From Lama guanicoe (taxonomy: Eukaryota): a DNA stretch of 64,000 nucleotides. Made by a program: the position numbers and the translations under genes. The stretch spans positions 3,173,757 to 3,237,756 of the forward strand of contig MU054187.1 in assembly GCA_013239625.1 (NCBI GenBank), in the 5' to 3' direction. Shown here one piece after another: positions 11,101 through 24,699 of the stretch. The notes below the pieces were generated by a model. The model searched no databases, was not told the DNA's origin, and was given only the letters and a program-made list of their open reading frames with translations. The first letter of the stretch is position 1; the number at the start of each line of letters is the position of its first letter.

Positions 11101-14100
11101 ATTCCAGGATTCAGCCAACACCAGATGGAAACTCCATCCTTTGGTTAAAATTCTAAGACCTTGGCCGACTGGCGAACTTGGCAAACCCAATTATGATAGC
11201 AATTAAGATTTTAAAATGTGAGTCAAATTATGAGCCAAACTTGTGCCAAAAGCTGGCAGACAGATACCCTGAATTTAGGTCAAGGATGCTATTCCCTTTA
11301 GCAGGGGCAATTCAATTATATCCCAGCCCCAGGCATGCAGGCTCTGACCCCAGGAGACCGGGTAGTCATAATAGGTCTTCTTGGGCTAAAGATACCCCGG
11401 GACGCCCTTGCTGCCCCAAATCCACATCTCAGGGACCCTGACCTTGGAGAACAGCAGGTGGGTACCATTTGTTCTGACACTCAGCTCCTTGGGAAAGTCC
11501 CATGCTGACGGCCAAATTCACCTTTGCTGCGTTTATTACAAAAAGATTCCTGGAGGATTGTTTCATATTTATGATAAGGTCTCGAAGTGGAAATGTTTTT
11601 CTTTAAGGCATAGAATTTTTTGAACATAAAATGTTCTTTTTAGCATTAAGTATTCCGGCTTTAAAGAACTGCTACGGCTGATCGTTGTCATTAGTTTTAG
11701 GTACCTGAACACTGTGAAAATTCAGATAGAGTCACGTCTCTCCATGAAAGGCATTTTTATATGACAGCAAGCATGCAGCCAGGATGATATTTGTGAAGTG
11801 ATATTAAAGCGTGGTTAAAAGTAAAATAATTCCAAGCTTCCTTTTTTTTAAAAAAGAATTTTGGGGTTAATTTGCTCTCCTGTTTCTCATGATAATAGAA
11901 GAAAATATATATTTTTGCAAAGTTTGCCTTTTCTGTTCACCCTTACATTCCTGCTCTTTCTCCAAGAAACAGCAACAAGAAAAAAATACTTGACAGATGG
12001 AGAAAGAGAGAGAGAGAACAAAGATTAACAACCTGCTGAAGTCCGGGCGCTGGTCCCTTCTCTCCCACCTGACTGTTGGGAAAGGCATCTCATATTCTGA
12101 ACCTGTTTCGCATCCATAAAGTGTGAGGATAAACTCAGTCAAGCAGGGAAGGCGGGTCCTTGTGCCGTCCAGGCCCACACGGACAAGTGACACTGACCAC
12201 AAGGACAGGAGACGAGAAAGCAAAAGCGCCAAGCATTTGCCGTTCCTGAGCCAGGGGGTTTTATGGCTTCGCCTTCATTACTAACAGTCTTTAAGGCTAA
12301 AAATGCATCTCCTGCGTGTTCTTGTGAAAAAGCAATTCCAGGGCAGAGCAATTGTCCACTTTCTCCCCGAGTGGAATGGGATGGCAAGACCTGTTTTAAG
12401 TGACAGGTGCTAATTTCATTAGCAATTCGCTTTAGCACCCGTTCACGGACCAGCTGCCCTGTCCCCAGCCCTGTGCTGGGCTCCGAGGACAGAGGATGAG
12501 TAAGCCAGGTGCCAAATGTCCGGAGTTTACAGCCCAGTGGCGCCTGTGGAAGTCTGGAAATGCAATAAATGGGTGGGTTTCCTGTCCAGCCGTGGTCAGT
12601 GTCAGCGGGGGGCATTTTTCTGGGCCATGTTTCCAAATAAATAAACAGAGCGCTTTGCAAGGCCTCTCACCTGCTCTCTGGCAGGGCCTTCTGCCCGGTT
12701 CGCTGCTGGCGACCACAGCCTCGGGCTGTGCCATTCCCGGAAGCGCCGAGAGCCCATTCAGACAGGGAGAACTGTGGGCTCTACAAAACCACCTCATTGT
12801 GCCTTTCCAGTCCAGAAAACCCCCAAGACCGGTGTTTCACCGGTGTTCTTTGACAAGGAGAAGGCGGCTAGCCAAAATTCTAGCAACTGAAAGAAACACT
12901 GGAGTTTTCAATGCTTTTTCCATATTTTCAGTGCTGTTCAGTGAGTTAAAACCTCAGCATAGGAACACCATGGCACCGCTCTGAAAGTTCTAGAACTTGG
13001 GTGGACCCTCATGGTTTAGTGTGATTTGAACTAAAGGCAAGAAGACTGCCCGGTGGGCCTTGTGAAGCCCCCGCACCCTGGGGTCTTAGACCCTGGCTCA
13101 CGGCTACATGAAGCCAAAACAATCAGCCAGAGAGTAAAGAAGCCACTCAAACTGGTTGTTTGAATTAACAGACTCTTTAAAACATAAGGAACTGCCTGAT
13201 TTCAGATGCACCGTTTTATGTGGACCCCTTCCATAATAACAATACCTCACGCTCAAGTTTTGTCATTTCTAAAGCATGTTCTCATGCATTTTCTTGTGTT
13301 TTTGAAAATCTGTTGAAGTTCCTCACCCAAACACTGGATCTAGCCTGAGACCCAGGCTATAAAGGAGGAATAGTCACAGGCAAGCTGGGGCCTCCCAGGT
13401 CCACCCCACACCCCCCGACCCACAATGCCTGTTAGGTGCCTCTGACACAGCACACACCTCTGATTCAGGCGCCAAGTCCTGACTTGTCTAGGTAATATCC
13501 TTTCCCCAAGATGATTATAGCACAAATCTATTTAAAACAGGAGCCCTGCTAACTCTTATCATTTATAGCTGTCGTTGAAAGAAAATCACGCTGACTTTGG
13601 TTTGGGAAAATGGTTTACGAAGCTCATCTGCCCTGTGTTGCAGCTTAAATCTCCCACTTGACTCTCCCATTCCTCCTTCTTTTCCTTTGTCCCTTCCTCT
13701 GGTCCTGCTCCCATCCACCCATCCTCAACTTCAACCCCCAAGCGTGTTTGCTCTGACTCAGAGGCACAGTGGTTTGGGTGGAATTAAAAGAATGGGGGCA
13801 TAAAGGAATTCCTATACTTTCTGTATCTAATGAATTTCTCTGGTGCAAATTCAATATTAAGTGCAGATTGCAGCTAAAATGGTTCTTAGGGGAATAACAG
13901 AAGGACGGCAGATCTCAAGGGGACTGCTAATTGAAAGGAATTTGCTGGCTGAGAAGCTTTTAATAAACATTTACTTTCTCTGGCTTGAAAATAAGGCTCC
14001 AGTCCCCACCCCCCGCCCCCGGGAGATGGGGAGATGACTCCCCATCTGGAGATGACTCTAGGCTTTGTTAAAACAGCTTGAGATTGGTTAAACTCGCTTG

Positions 14101-16672
14101 TCATGGTTCAGGACTTACCTTTCCTTCCTGGCGAGTGAGAGGTGCTCGGCCAAGTAGACTCATAACCAGGGTCTCTGGTGAAACGGTCGCCTCAGGGAGA
14201 CCTGAGTTAGCGGTGGGTGGCTCTCTGTGCATCACACATCGGAATTCTCCAGCATTTTCTTTGTTTAAAGCACACGCTTATTATTACGTTGAAAAGTTTT
14301 CAGCTTTCAGCATCGCTTGCGTTCTGTCCTTGGTCACATCGCTTCACACCTGCCCTCTCCCTCTTGCTGTCCTTTCTTTTCTGGGCCATTTTCCCAGAAG
14401 ACAGACTGTTCTTGAAATTTCGCTCATTGAGTCTGCCCTACCTAGAGGCTGGACCGTAAGTGTTGGATTTACCAGAAATGCGGTGTTTTGCCGACAAACC
14501 TTGATGTAATTCCCCAGACAGAGAGGGAGGGACCGAAACGAGTGTATGCACACGTCTAGAAGCACAGCGGGCAGAGAACCTGAGTGAGGAGATCTGAGTT
14601 CTAGTTCTGGTGCCTCCTGCCCTCACTTAGCTCGTTGGTCCTGTCTCCTCACGTGCAAAGTAAAGAGGTTTCCTGTAGGAACTTTCTACGGTCATCCTTG
14701 GAAAAATATTTGTAGCCTTGTCCTGGATTCCTATACCCTACAATAGCTATTGTTGCTATATTATGCAGGATAGAACAGGGCAACACTTGAAGGAATAGCA
14801 GCTCAACTTATAGAGTTTAAACAATTTTTACTTTCTCTCCCACTATTCCCCACCCTCCCCACCGTCCACAGTGTCCCCACCGCTCCAACCACCTCCACTA
14901 CCCTCTAAAGTAACAAAAATCTCCTTTATGCCAGAACATATGAAGACATCTGTTCTGGAAATTCATAAACAGGAAAAAAATTCAAAATTGAGGTAATCTT
15001 TAGCTTGCTCACTTCTAAAGGGTTTTATAATCACTTCTTTCAAATATTTGTCTGAATTAGCTGGCACACTCTCCCAGATGAAGCGTGACCAAAACAATCA
15101 CTTACACTTGAAGTAGCGTGGAAGCATGGAGTTAGTCTTTTTTTGCATCTAAACGTCTCTGAAATATTGATCACAATTAAATAAATTTTAAAACACCCAA
15201 CTCCCTCCCCCTGCTGCAGTTAGCCATCATCTTGCCAACCTCAGAATTATTGTGTTTCTTTGGGTCTGGGGTTTTAGTCTAAGTTCTTTGAGCAAGACTT
15301 TGGTAAAACAAAGTATCCGCCCGTCATTTCATTTTTGCCAGAAGAAGTGATTCGTACCACATCTGACCAAGCAGGCTTTACCCGATAGCATTATCTTCCT
15401 TATCTTTCAGCGTCTTCGTGCTGTTAATATTGGCCCTGACATCTTTACGGATGGGAGATGGTGGAGTTGTCAGCTCAGGGTTTGTTGAGAGTCAGCCCCA
15501 GCTTCCAGCAGCCAGAGATCAATGCAGACCTTGATCGGGTCCACGCTGGGCCAGGCAGGGGTTCAAAGCTGAGTACCCAGGGGTCACTGCGCTGCTGTGG
15601 GAGACAGAGACCGCAGTGGACAACAGCTGGTGGTCAGGGAAAGCACGGGGTCAGGAAAATATCGTGGAGATCATCCAGCAGTACAGATTTGACTGGTAGC
15701 AAAGAGGTCTGTGGGCGGAGCAGGGTCGAGCTCCAGAACAGGACGCTGAGCCCCAGCGAGAGCTAGACGTCGTCGGAGTCCAGGAAAGGAGAAAAGACAG
15801 GAAGCCATTTCCTGAAAATGTAGTAATTTATTCACAGGACCAAGTAATAGTCCCATTTACGAGCACCGGGGTTCAGGACTGGACTGAAACCAGGGCAAAG
15901 GCGGCTTGAGCTGAACTGTTGTTGGCTTTTGGGTTTCCATTTCCGCTGACACTGAATCACTTTAGGCTTGGAGCTCGGGTGAGGCAGAATGATCTTCTAT
16001 TCTGCAAACATCTTCCTACAAACTTACCCTGACTAGCCTGACTCATCAGCCCATGGCTTCCATCTATTTGAATCATGACAAATAGGTACAGAAAAACCAG
16101 ATAATTGGGAGACAGGTGAGGCCAAAATTGACATTACAAATATTTTGATTATCGATAAATGGTTGTTCTTGAGTAACGTAAAAATTCGGTGAAATGTGTC
16201 TCCTCACGTCAGCAGGGTTTAATTGAGCGCCTGCTATCACCTGGAAAGACTGCGAGAGGCTCTGATTAAATAAACAAAACAGTGCTGACATCAGTGCTTC
16301 TCCTCTGCTCTCTAGCCCGAACAGAGACCAAAGGCTGTCTCTGCATGGCCTGGTCCCGAACCAGAAGTGGGACCAAGTGCAGTTCTGACTTTTTGTGAAA
16401 TGAGCTGTCTCAGAAATGCGGAGTTACGCTTGGTCGTTCTGGGAACATTTATTGAGAAACTTTGACGTGTCGAGGGTGGTGCTGGACTCTGGGGATACAA
16501 AGATGAGCACAGAACGGTCACTGGCTTGAAACAGCTTACAGTCCAAGAGGGAGGAGTGGACACGACATGTCTGCTGCCCTCAGACAAGACCGTGCTTCCC
16601 GCAGGGCAGGAAGGGCTGTTACACGCTTCTCCATCATCAGATGTCACTAGCAAACAGGGCTATACAGATCCA

Positions 16673-16910
16673 NNNNNNNNNNNNNNNNNNNNNNNNNNNN
16701 NNNNNNNNNNNNNNNNNNNNNNNNNNNNNNNNNNNNNNNNNNNNNNNNNNNNNNNNNNNNNNNNNNNNNNNNNNNNNNNNNNNNNNNNNNNNNNNNNNNN
16801 NNNNNNNNNNNNNNNNNNNNNNNNNNNNNNNNNNNNNNNNNNNNNNNNNNNNNNNNNNNNNNNNNNNNNNNNNNNNNNNNNNNNNNNNNNNNNNNNNNNN
16901 NNNNNNNNNN
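16673..16910. other. Assembly gap (238 N)
   Basis: Run of N directly in the sequence. Confidence 1.
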
Positions 16911-17959
16911 TTAACATATTTGAAATCTAAGGATCTAAATTATTGTTGTGTATCAAATATATCACTCTTTCAGGGCATGCACTGTTGGATACCAAAAGGC
17001 GAGTACACTCAAGTCGTTGTATGTGCTCCTCAAGGCCATACTGTTGTAAGAATAAAAATGTGAAAATCACCATTCTCCAATTCACATTAATTCATGGCCA
17101 AGAAGCTGTCATATGTGCTGCTGGTCTACAGAGATGACAGGCCATGGTGCGTTTTCTCAAGGAGCTTACAGTCTCCTGGGGGACACAACATAAACACCCT
17201 GAACTTTCAGGTGCTACAAAATACATGTAACATAACATAGCAATGTATTAAGGACTGAATTAGGCTAAAGCTACTTCTTATCTCTTAATCTTTGCAACCC
17301 TAGAAAGTATTATTTTTGCTTTAAAGATTAAACATCTTACTTGGAAATACAGAACAGCCTCCCTAGTTCACTCCCGGTTCAGTAGTGGTGGAGACGAAAT
17401 TCACGTCGACACGTGACTGCACCACTGACACCTCCCAGCAAAGCATGTGATCAAGAAGGAGGGGGCATGAGTTGAACAAGTGAAAAAAGGTGAGCCTTAG
17501 AGCGGTTATTATAAATTTCCTCCTTAAGAACGGACCGCCTTTTTCTGGCTCTTGTAGGCCATGTGAGTTTGAGCCGCGTCCTGGACGCCGTGCTGTGTGC
17601 TGGACCCTGTTACAATCCTCTGCGATGTGTTCATGCTTGTCTCATTGGTCCTCGGGGAGAAAATCTGTGCGGTTTGATTCAGAGCACAGTTACATCTCAG
17701 CTTCTTCGGGCGGCAATGCTCACCTCCGTTCAGCCTTCAAGCCACTGGTTTGCCTCTGTCCCGTGCGGGCACCACTCAGGGCTTTGTCTGAGATTTGGAA
17801 AGTTGTTTAAACATTAGTTCAGTTTTCAAAATCTGGACTGCATGCTTTGCAAATTGCAAATAAAGCTGAGAAGGCAACTTGACACTAGGGGTTTATGCAG
17901 GGAAATAAGGTAGCTTCTTCCTTTTTTTTTTTTTTTTTAAATGTTTTAGTTGGGGGTGG

Positions 17960-18131
17960 GGTGGATGGAGGCTGTCCTGGGCAGAGACGTTGAGCAGCGT
18001 TCCTGGCCTCTGTCTGCTGGATGCTGACAGCTCTCCTTCCCCAGTTTGGGAAAATGAATATTTCCAGACATTGACAAGTGTCCTCCAGGAAGGGAGGGGA
18101 GGCACAATTACCCCTGGGCTGGGCACCACTG
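17960..18131 (-). mobile_element. MER20 (hAT-Charlie) DNA transposon
   Basis: ggctgtcctgggca...agcagcgttcctggcctctgtctgctggatgc...tccagacattgacaagtgtcc...accactg matches the reverse complement of MER20. Confidence 0.8.
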
Positions 18132-19499
18132 CTCGAAGTCCAAGCACACGACCATTTCGGGAGCAATGAAGAAGCTCGTCTCATGTATTTCTGCTGCTTG
18201 AAATCATTCTACCAAAGGCGAGAGCTAGGATGCCAGTAGCCCCAGGGGGAAAAAAACACAAGTCAAGTTCACTCCAAGGCATATGCGAAGCATGTCAGGC
18301 TATTTCTGGTCAGAAGGTTTTGACCAGCATGTGCGGAGACCAAAGCTGGGCCAGTGGGCCCCTACGTGAAGGAGGCAAGGCGGGCACGGGACCCCGGCTC
18401 ACTCTGCAGTTCGCCCCGAAGCCGCTTGGCTGTCAGGGCCCTTTCACTGAAGTTGCTGGATTTTCTTCCCCATTTAGAAAAAATTAAATATTTACAATAT
18501 ATGCTTGAGATCCGTTTCTTGCTTAGAAGGCCTCTTTCAACTCTCACAAGATCGGGAGGGGGGGAATTCAGTGCCTTTAAAGCACACAAACTGCCCAAGT
18601 ACTGTGTTTAAGGCCCGCTCCCCTTTAATTTCGGACACACACTGTTATTAATTCATTGCTGGAGACTGTACTGAGCTCAAACCGGACTTAACATAGGCCT
18701 CCTCACCGCCTAATAACTAAGGCATTATAGGCTTGAATCGCTTCCAGGTTGTACTTCGCCAAAGCCATTCTTGAATGAGACCTTGCCATCAAATTGTACT
18801 TGTGCCCTTTAACAGACGGAAGTGCAGCACAGTGTCTTTCCAGTGGTTGCCTCCAACTTTATAAACATTCTTTAGCCTTAAGGAGCCATAGCTGACACAG
18901 AACTCAGCAAACTGTCAGAGTCAAAATGAGTGTTTCCTGTGATAACTTTGACTTTTGTGACATTTTGCATGGAAAATAAGCCTGCCTGACCTTTCAGCCA
19001 GAACAAAACAGATGCCAATTGCCAAATTCACGTGGTTAACTCTGGCAGCGGAACATGAGACACGGCTTTGCAGTCAGAATGCTCCTCTAGTGGGCGATGG
19101 TGTCAACCAAACCTTGGAAAAGTTCACAATCCAGTTTCTATGGATTGAATTTTTCATGTGTAGGCTTCCAAGAAAAGGTTCATCGTGTGACTGGAACAGT
19201 ACGTGGGGAATAAGGAGGCAATAGAGCCCGTCTGGAGGCAGGGATCCAATACCAATGTTCCAGAGAATGTCACAAATAGCAAAATCATATCTGATAGTGT
19301 CTCAGGTTTTCTCAATTGCCTTGGGGTGCATCTCCCTACTCTTAGGACTTCCAGTCTTTGGAAACTGCCGTCATCTTGGCCTCCAGAATAGATCCCCAAC
19401 CCATCTACTTCCTTTCAACCTCCTCACCACCATCTCTTACCCAAATCCAGTTTCCACAGGTGGCACTTAGCGGGGTTCACCCTGCACAGCAAGGACCAG

Positions 19500-19975
19500 C
19501 CTCCTACTGAGGCAACCCAGTCCCACCGAGCCTGGCCCAGCTCCCCGACCTAGCCTCACCTCCTGTCACTCACGGTAAGGCCACCTCATCACTGTCTTTC
19601 TGCTTTTTGAATATGCTGACCTCAGGGCCTTTGCACTTACCATTCTCTTGCTGCAGCTCCCTTCCCTGAACCTTCTCGGAGTTGGCACTGCCATTTCATT
19701 CAGATTTCAGTGGCATGTCCCCTCCTAAGAGAACCCTCCCCCATTGACTCAGTTGAACTTACCCACCACCACACACCCTCTCTCTGTTTTCATTCCTTCA
19801 TGGAAATCATTCTCTGGAATGAACTTGTCTGTGTATTTGCTCATAGTCTCTTCTCCACAACCTCCTAGACACCCTGAGACAGGGGACCCTAGCCCTCTTG
19901 TTCATAGCTTTGTCTCCAGTGCCCAGATCACAGCCAGGAGTGAGGTGGACCCTCAATAAATATGTGTGGAATCTT
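19500..19975 (+). mobile_element. L2 3' fragment
   Basis: cctcagggcctttgcactt...tctccagtgcccagatcacagcc...cctcaataaatatgtgtggaat is a typical L2 3' end. Confidence 0.75.
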
Positions 19976-20329
19976 CACAATCATCCTGATTTAATAATAT
20001 GACATTTGCCCTTCAACCAGGAAAGCTGGCTTCTGAAACCTTCTTATGCTCTGCCCCAGGAGGGTAGAATTCACAGCTGATGCATTTAAAATCATGGAGG
20101 AAAACAGAATAGGGAAAGAGTTGGAAGAAAGAGAGGTCTACAATCCCAAATTAGCCTGTAGAGTCTACATAAAGCGTCTACATGGACTAAATTTAAGCAA
20201 CAAAAGCAGCACACTAAATAGGAGAGAACATGATTGTGCTTAGCAGAATTGTATTTAAGTTAGTAATTAAGGATTCTAAAGATTTAATTTCTGTTTATCA
20301 AAAGCACACCCACATGCGGCAGCAAGATG

Positions 20330-20870
20330 TGGTGAAAGATGCCAGCGTAGCATCTGGAGGGCGGGTTTAAATGTGAGCTCTACCACTTCAGTTTTCATTT
20401 AACCTCACTGAGCCTCCAGCTCCGTCTGGAAAATGGGAAAAATAACTAATCCACAAAGTTAATTTCCGGATGGTGTGGAAGAATGCACATAAAGCACTTC
20501 ATGAATCAGTATGGTTACACGTGTAAGGTGCATAATTACCGTCATCACCACCATCACCTCTGAGTCAGATCAGACATTACTGGTGGCTCTGTAATTGGCA
20601 TATAATATTCCTCCTTCCCCAGAACCTGTCACAAAAATAAGTGAGGCGGTCCAGCTGAGAGCACTCTAACATCCAGCTGTGCCACTTACTGGTCATGTGG
20701 CTTCTCTCCAGTGACCCAGCCTCACCAAGATCCAGTTTCCTCACCTGGAAAATGAGGGAAATTACTGTCTTTACCTCGGAGGCAGGAGATGAGGATTCAA
20801 TAAGGAAATGCCCGTAGGGTTTAATGCGGTATCGTCACATGGTGAGCACTCAGTTATCATGTGTGTTAGT
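20330..20870 (+). mobile_element. Two MIR fragments
   Basis: ttaacctcactgagcctccagctccgtctggaaaatggg and ctgtgccacttactggtcatgtgg...cagtttcctcacctggaaaatgaggg are MIR cores. Confidence 0.65.
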
Positions 20871-21325
20871 ACAGAATTCTCTGAGGGTGGAAAAAAAATG
20901 GGAAAGACAAGCTGTTCTATAAAAATATGTATTAGAGTCCACAGCGCATTAAATGCCATTTAAATCCCCTTAATGTAGTGCATTGAAGGGTTGCTGCTTC
21001 TACCCAAAGTAATGAAGCTGCGCTCCTCTAAGCTTCCTGCTGCGGTCCCAAATGTCCTGACATTTGCACCTCTGTATCCCTGAGTTGGCCTTATCCAGGC
21101 GTCTTCCACTGTCCCCAAGATGAGGCTCGTCATCTTCCTCGCTGGGGGTCAGAAGCATCCTCTCCGTGAAGTGCTTCCTCCCCTAACCGTTCCCCCACTT
21201 TGCTGACCAGAGCAGGATGGCGGGTGGGGAAAGTCTGCACTGCCGCCTCACGCGTGCATGGCTGGGGAGACCTGCATTTTGCACAGGTTCTGAGCACAAG
21301 GGGACAAGTTGCATGTTATGCAATC

Positions 21326-23234
21326 TTTTTTTTTTAATTTGGTAAAATATCTGTAACATAAACATTACTATTTTAACCATTTTTAAGTGTATGGTTTGGT
21401 GGCATTAAGTACATTCACACTGTTGTGCAACCATCCCCACCATCCATCTCCGGAACATTTTCATCATCCCAGACTGAGGCCCCATCCCCACTCCCCCTGC
21501 CTCCCAGCACTGAAAGCCACCCTTTTACTTCTGTCTCTATGAATTTGACTATTTTAGGCACCTCATGTAAATACAGTATTTTGGGGGGAACTAGTTTATT
21601 CCATTTAGCATAATATCTTTAAGATTCACCCATATTGTAACATGTGTCAAAATTCTCTTGCTTTTTAAGGCTGAGTAATATTCCATTACATGTATACACC
21701 ACAGTTTGTTTATGGATTCATCCATTGATGGACACTTTGTTCCTTCTAACTTTGGCTATTGTAATTGGGTGAACGAGTATCTGTTTGAGTCCCTGCTTTC
21801 AATTATTGGGAATATGCAGAAGAGGAACAAATGGATCATATGATAATTCTGTTTTTAATTTCTTGAGAAACTTCCATACTGTTTTCCAAAGGAGCTGCAT
21901 CATTTTAAACTTCGAACAACAATGCACAAAGACTTCAATTTCTTCACACCCTCTCCAACATTTGTTATTTCTTTTTTTTTTTTAAGTAATAGCCATCCTT
22001 ATGAGGGTAAAGTGACATCTTACCATGGTTCTGATTTGCATTTCTATAATGATTAGTGATATGAAACACCTTTTCCTGGGCTTGTTGTGTCTAATTGCTG
22101 TGACGAGAACTTTCAATACTCTGTGGAGTAGAATTGGTGAGAGTGACATCCTTGTCTTACTCCTGACCTCAGAGAAAGAGCCTTCAGTCTTTCACCATTG
22201 AGTATGACATTAGCTGCGGCTTTTCTTATCTGGTTTATTTCTAGTTTGTTGAGTGGTTTCATCATGAAAAGCTGCTGAATTTTTGAAATATTTTTTCTGC
22301 ATCAATTGAGATGACCATGTAGTTATTTTTCCTCCATTCCGTATTACCCCGATTAACTTCTATACGTTGAACCATTACTGCATTACAGGATCAAATTCCG
22401 CTTAGTCAAAGGTATGTAATCTTGTAAATATATTGTTGAATTCAGCTTGCTGTTATTTGGAACAGGATTTTTGCATAAATAGTCATCAGGGAAATCGGTT
22501 TTCTTTTTTGGGGGTATCTTTGTCTGATTGTGGTATGAAGGTGATGCTGGCCTCAGAATGAGTTTAGAAGTGTTCTCTTCTCTTCAGTTTTTTGGAAGTG
22601 TTTGAGAATTGCTGTAGCATGTAGTTGGATCCTGTTTTTTATTCACTCAGCTAGTCACTGCTCCTTCCTGGTTCTCCTGTGTACATGACTGCTTTTAAAC
22701 ACTTTAATTTCCCTAGGAGTCTCACCCTCCGCTTCTTCTCAGGGAGTTAGCTGTTCTGTCGTCTTCCTAAATCAACAATCGCTTGCTGCAGAAGCCTGAA
22801 GGTCTGCAGTCCCTTTGCAGTTCTCTTGAGCACGACAGTTGCCTTCCTTGGCGTCTGCTAGCCTGGAATCTGAGCTGCGCTTTTAGCCATCTGTGCTCCA
22901 GGTTAGCGGGCACGGAGAACAGTCCCTTCGGCTGCCCCTAGACAGGTTAAATTGTTGCAAATTTTGTCTGCCCTGCATTCTCTTGTTTGTGGAAGGGACA
23001 CAGGGACCAGACGGCTTCATGCCCCAAATCAGGCTATATGGTGCTGAGAAGGGGGTGAGCCAAGGGTGAGTCAAAATGGCACAAAATCTCCTACCCTTTT
23101 CAACGTGGCTTTTTCTTGATTGTGCGTTCCCTTGGTTGCTGTAGATCTTTGACTTGCAGAGTTCCAGTCTCTAGTGTTTATTTAATGTTCTTCGGGGAGC
23201 AAAGACCTGGTTGGCCATTTTGCTGACATCACTC
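21326..23234 (-). mobile_element. L1MB-like element remnants: 3' end (21326-~22080), ORF2 piece (~22090-22620) and probable 5' UTR piece (~22760-23234)
   Basis: Poly-T followed by ttaaccatttttaagtgtatggtttggtggcattaagtacattcacactgttgtgcaaccatc (L1MB 3' end). gacatccttgtcttactcctgacctcagagaaagagccttcagtctttcaccattgagtatga is ORF2 antisense. The reverse complement of 23215-23234, gagtgatgtcagcaaaatgg, resembles L1M 5' termini. Confidence 0.8.
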
Positions 23235-23591
23235 ATGTACAATTTTAATAAGAAAAAAAGAAAGAAGCAGGAAAGAATAACATTTCCTACTTAGCCCTAA
23301 GACGTGAGCACAGAGGGCATTACTTGAGGGGAGACAACTGGGCGAGAGGAGTGAATGTCCTGGGACGTAGAAGCTCAGGTGTTTGGTAAACACTGTGAAT
23401 GACCATGTAGGGGCACAGAAGTGGCTGCTGCCAGAAGCTAAATATGGTGAAAGTTACTTCAGCGATACATTCATGGAGTCCGTTGTGAGTCTGGAGGATA
23501 CAAACTAAATCAGGAGGACTGGCACAAGTGTGCCCACTAATCAGACGTAACTGGAGCTCAGGGCTGGGTCCTGGTCCCACTTTATCCACAG

Positions 23592-23750
23592 CAGAGATTC
23601 TCAACATGTGGCCCCAAACCAGCAGCATCAGCAAATTCCTGTTCCCTTTCTCTGATTTACTGTATCAGAAACTCTGAGGGAAGGTCTCAGCTCTTCGTGT
23701 TTTAACCTGGCCTCCCGGTAGTTCTGATGGACACTCAACTTTGATCTGAT
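23592..23750 (+). mobile_element. MER5A (hAT-Charlie)
   Basis: cagagattctcaacatgtggccccaaaccagcagcatcagca...tactgtatcagaaactctgaggg...gtgttttaac...gttctgatggacactcaactttga. Confidence 0.8.
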
Positions 23751-24699
23751 CAAATTTGCAGCAATGTTCCTAGGCCACCCTCTCAAATCCCAGCGCCCTG
23801 GAGTCACCAGAAACACCAGCCTTCTGTACCTGTGATACCTGTGCATTTAAAGTATTTTTAATAAAGCAACCAATGGCCTGATGACCTGAGATATATATGG
23901 GTGTACATATAGACGTATAGATAGCCTGTGGGCCCTTCCAAGCATTACCTCCTTTTATATGAAAAAGTTACAGCAAAAAATAATTCTTGTGTGTCTGAAG
24001 GACTGAGGACGTGCGCCCTCTAGGCTTGTGTGAAAATGACTTACTTGAGGCCTGTAGACAGTTCTCCGGGCGCCTTGCTGACGATGACACTGCCCCTGGG
24101 TTCCTTCATACCGCTGTCAGGTCCTTCAGCCGTATCCTTCGGATCAGATCCTGGGATCAGCTGTTCTGAGCTTGAGAGCAACCTACAGAAAGAGCCTGAG
24201 TCTGGAGCTGCTCCGCGCGTGGGTGGCCGGCTTTGCTGCCATGAGCTTTGTGACGCTCTTAGACAGACGGGGACTCTCCTGCATGCACGGCCCGAGTCTG
24301 AGCTTAGCCGCTGCGGGGCTCGGAGTATTTCCATCAATATGTAAAGCCATGAAGCAAACCCAGAGGCAACAAAGATACGCAGCACGTTGGGCAACCCAAT
24401 AAACAGAAACTTAAACTCACTGAACAAATTATTGACCCGGATACACATTTCCGAAGCATCACTTGCTTTATAAAATGACTAATTACAGGGTTATTTGAAA
24501 TAAAGAGCTTCCTTGCAATACTATGCAGCAATGAAGAGAATATCTCTATGTGAATTAGATATGCATATAGCAATATACATGGATCTTAAAAACATGGCAG
24601 TGTATGGAAAAGGCAAGCAAAAATATTTTAACACAGTGTCACTCAGTAAACAAATGCCACTGACAGAACAAATGCAAGAATGAAGCCAGTGTCTCAGAC

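Noticed and set aside
16526..17063. ORFs containing X runs
   Set aside because: Artefacts of translating through the N gap.
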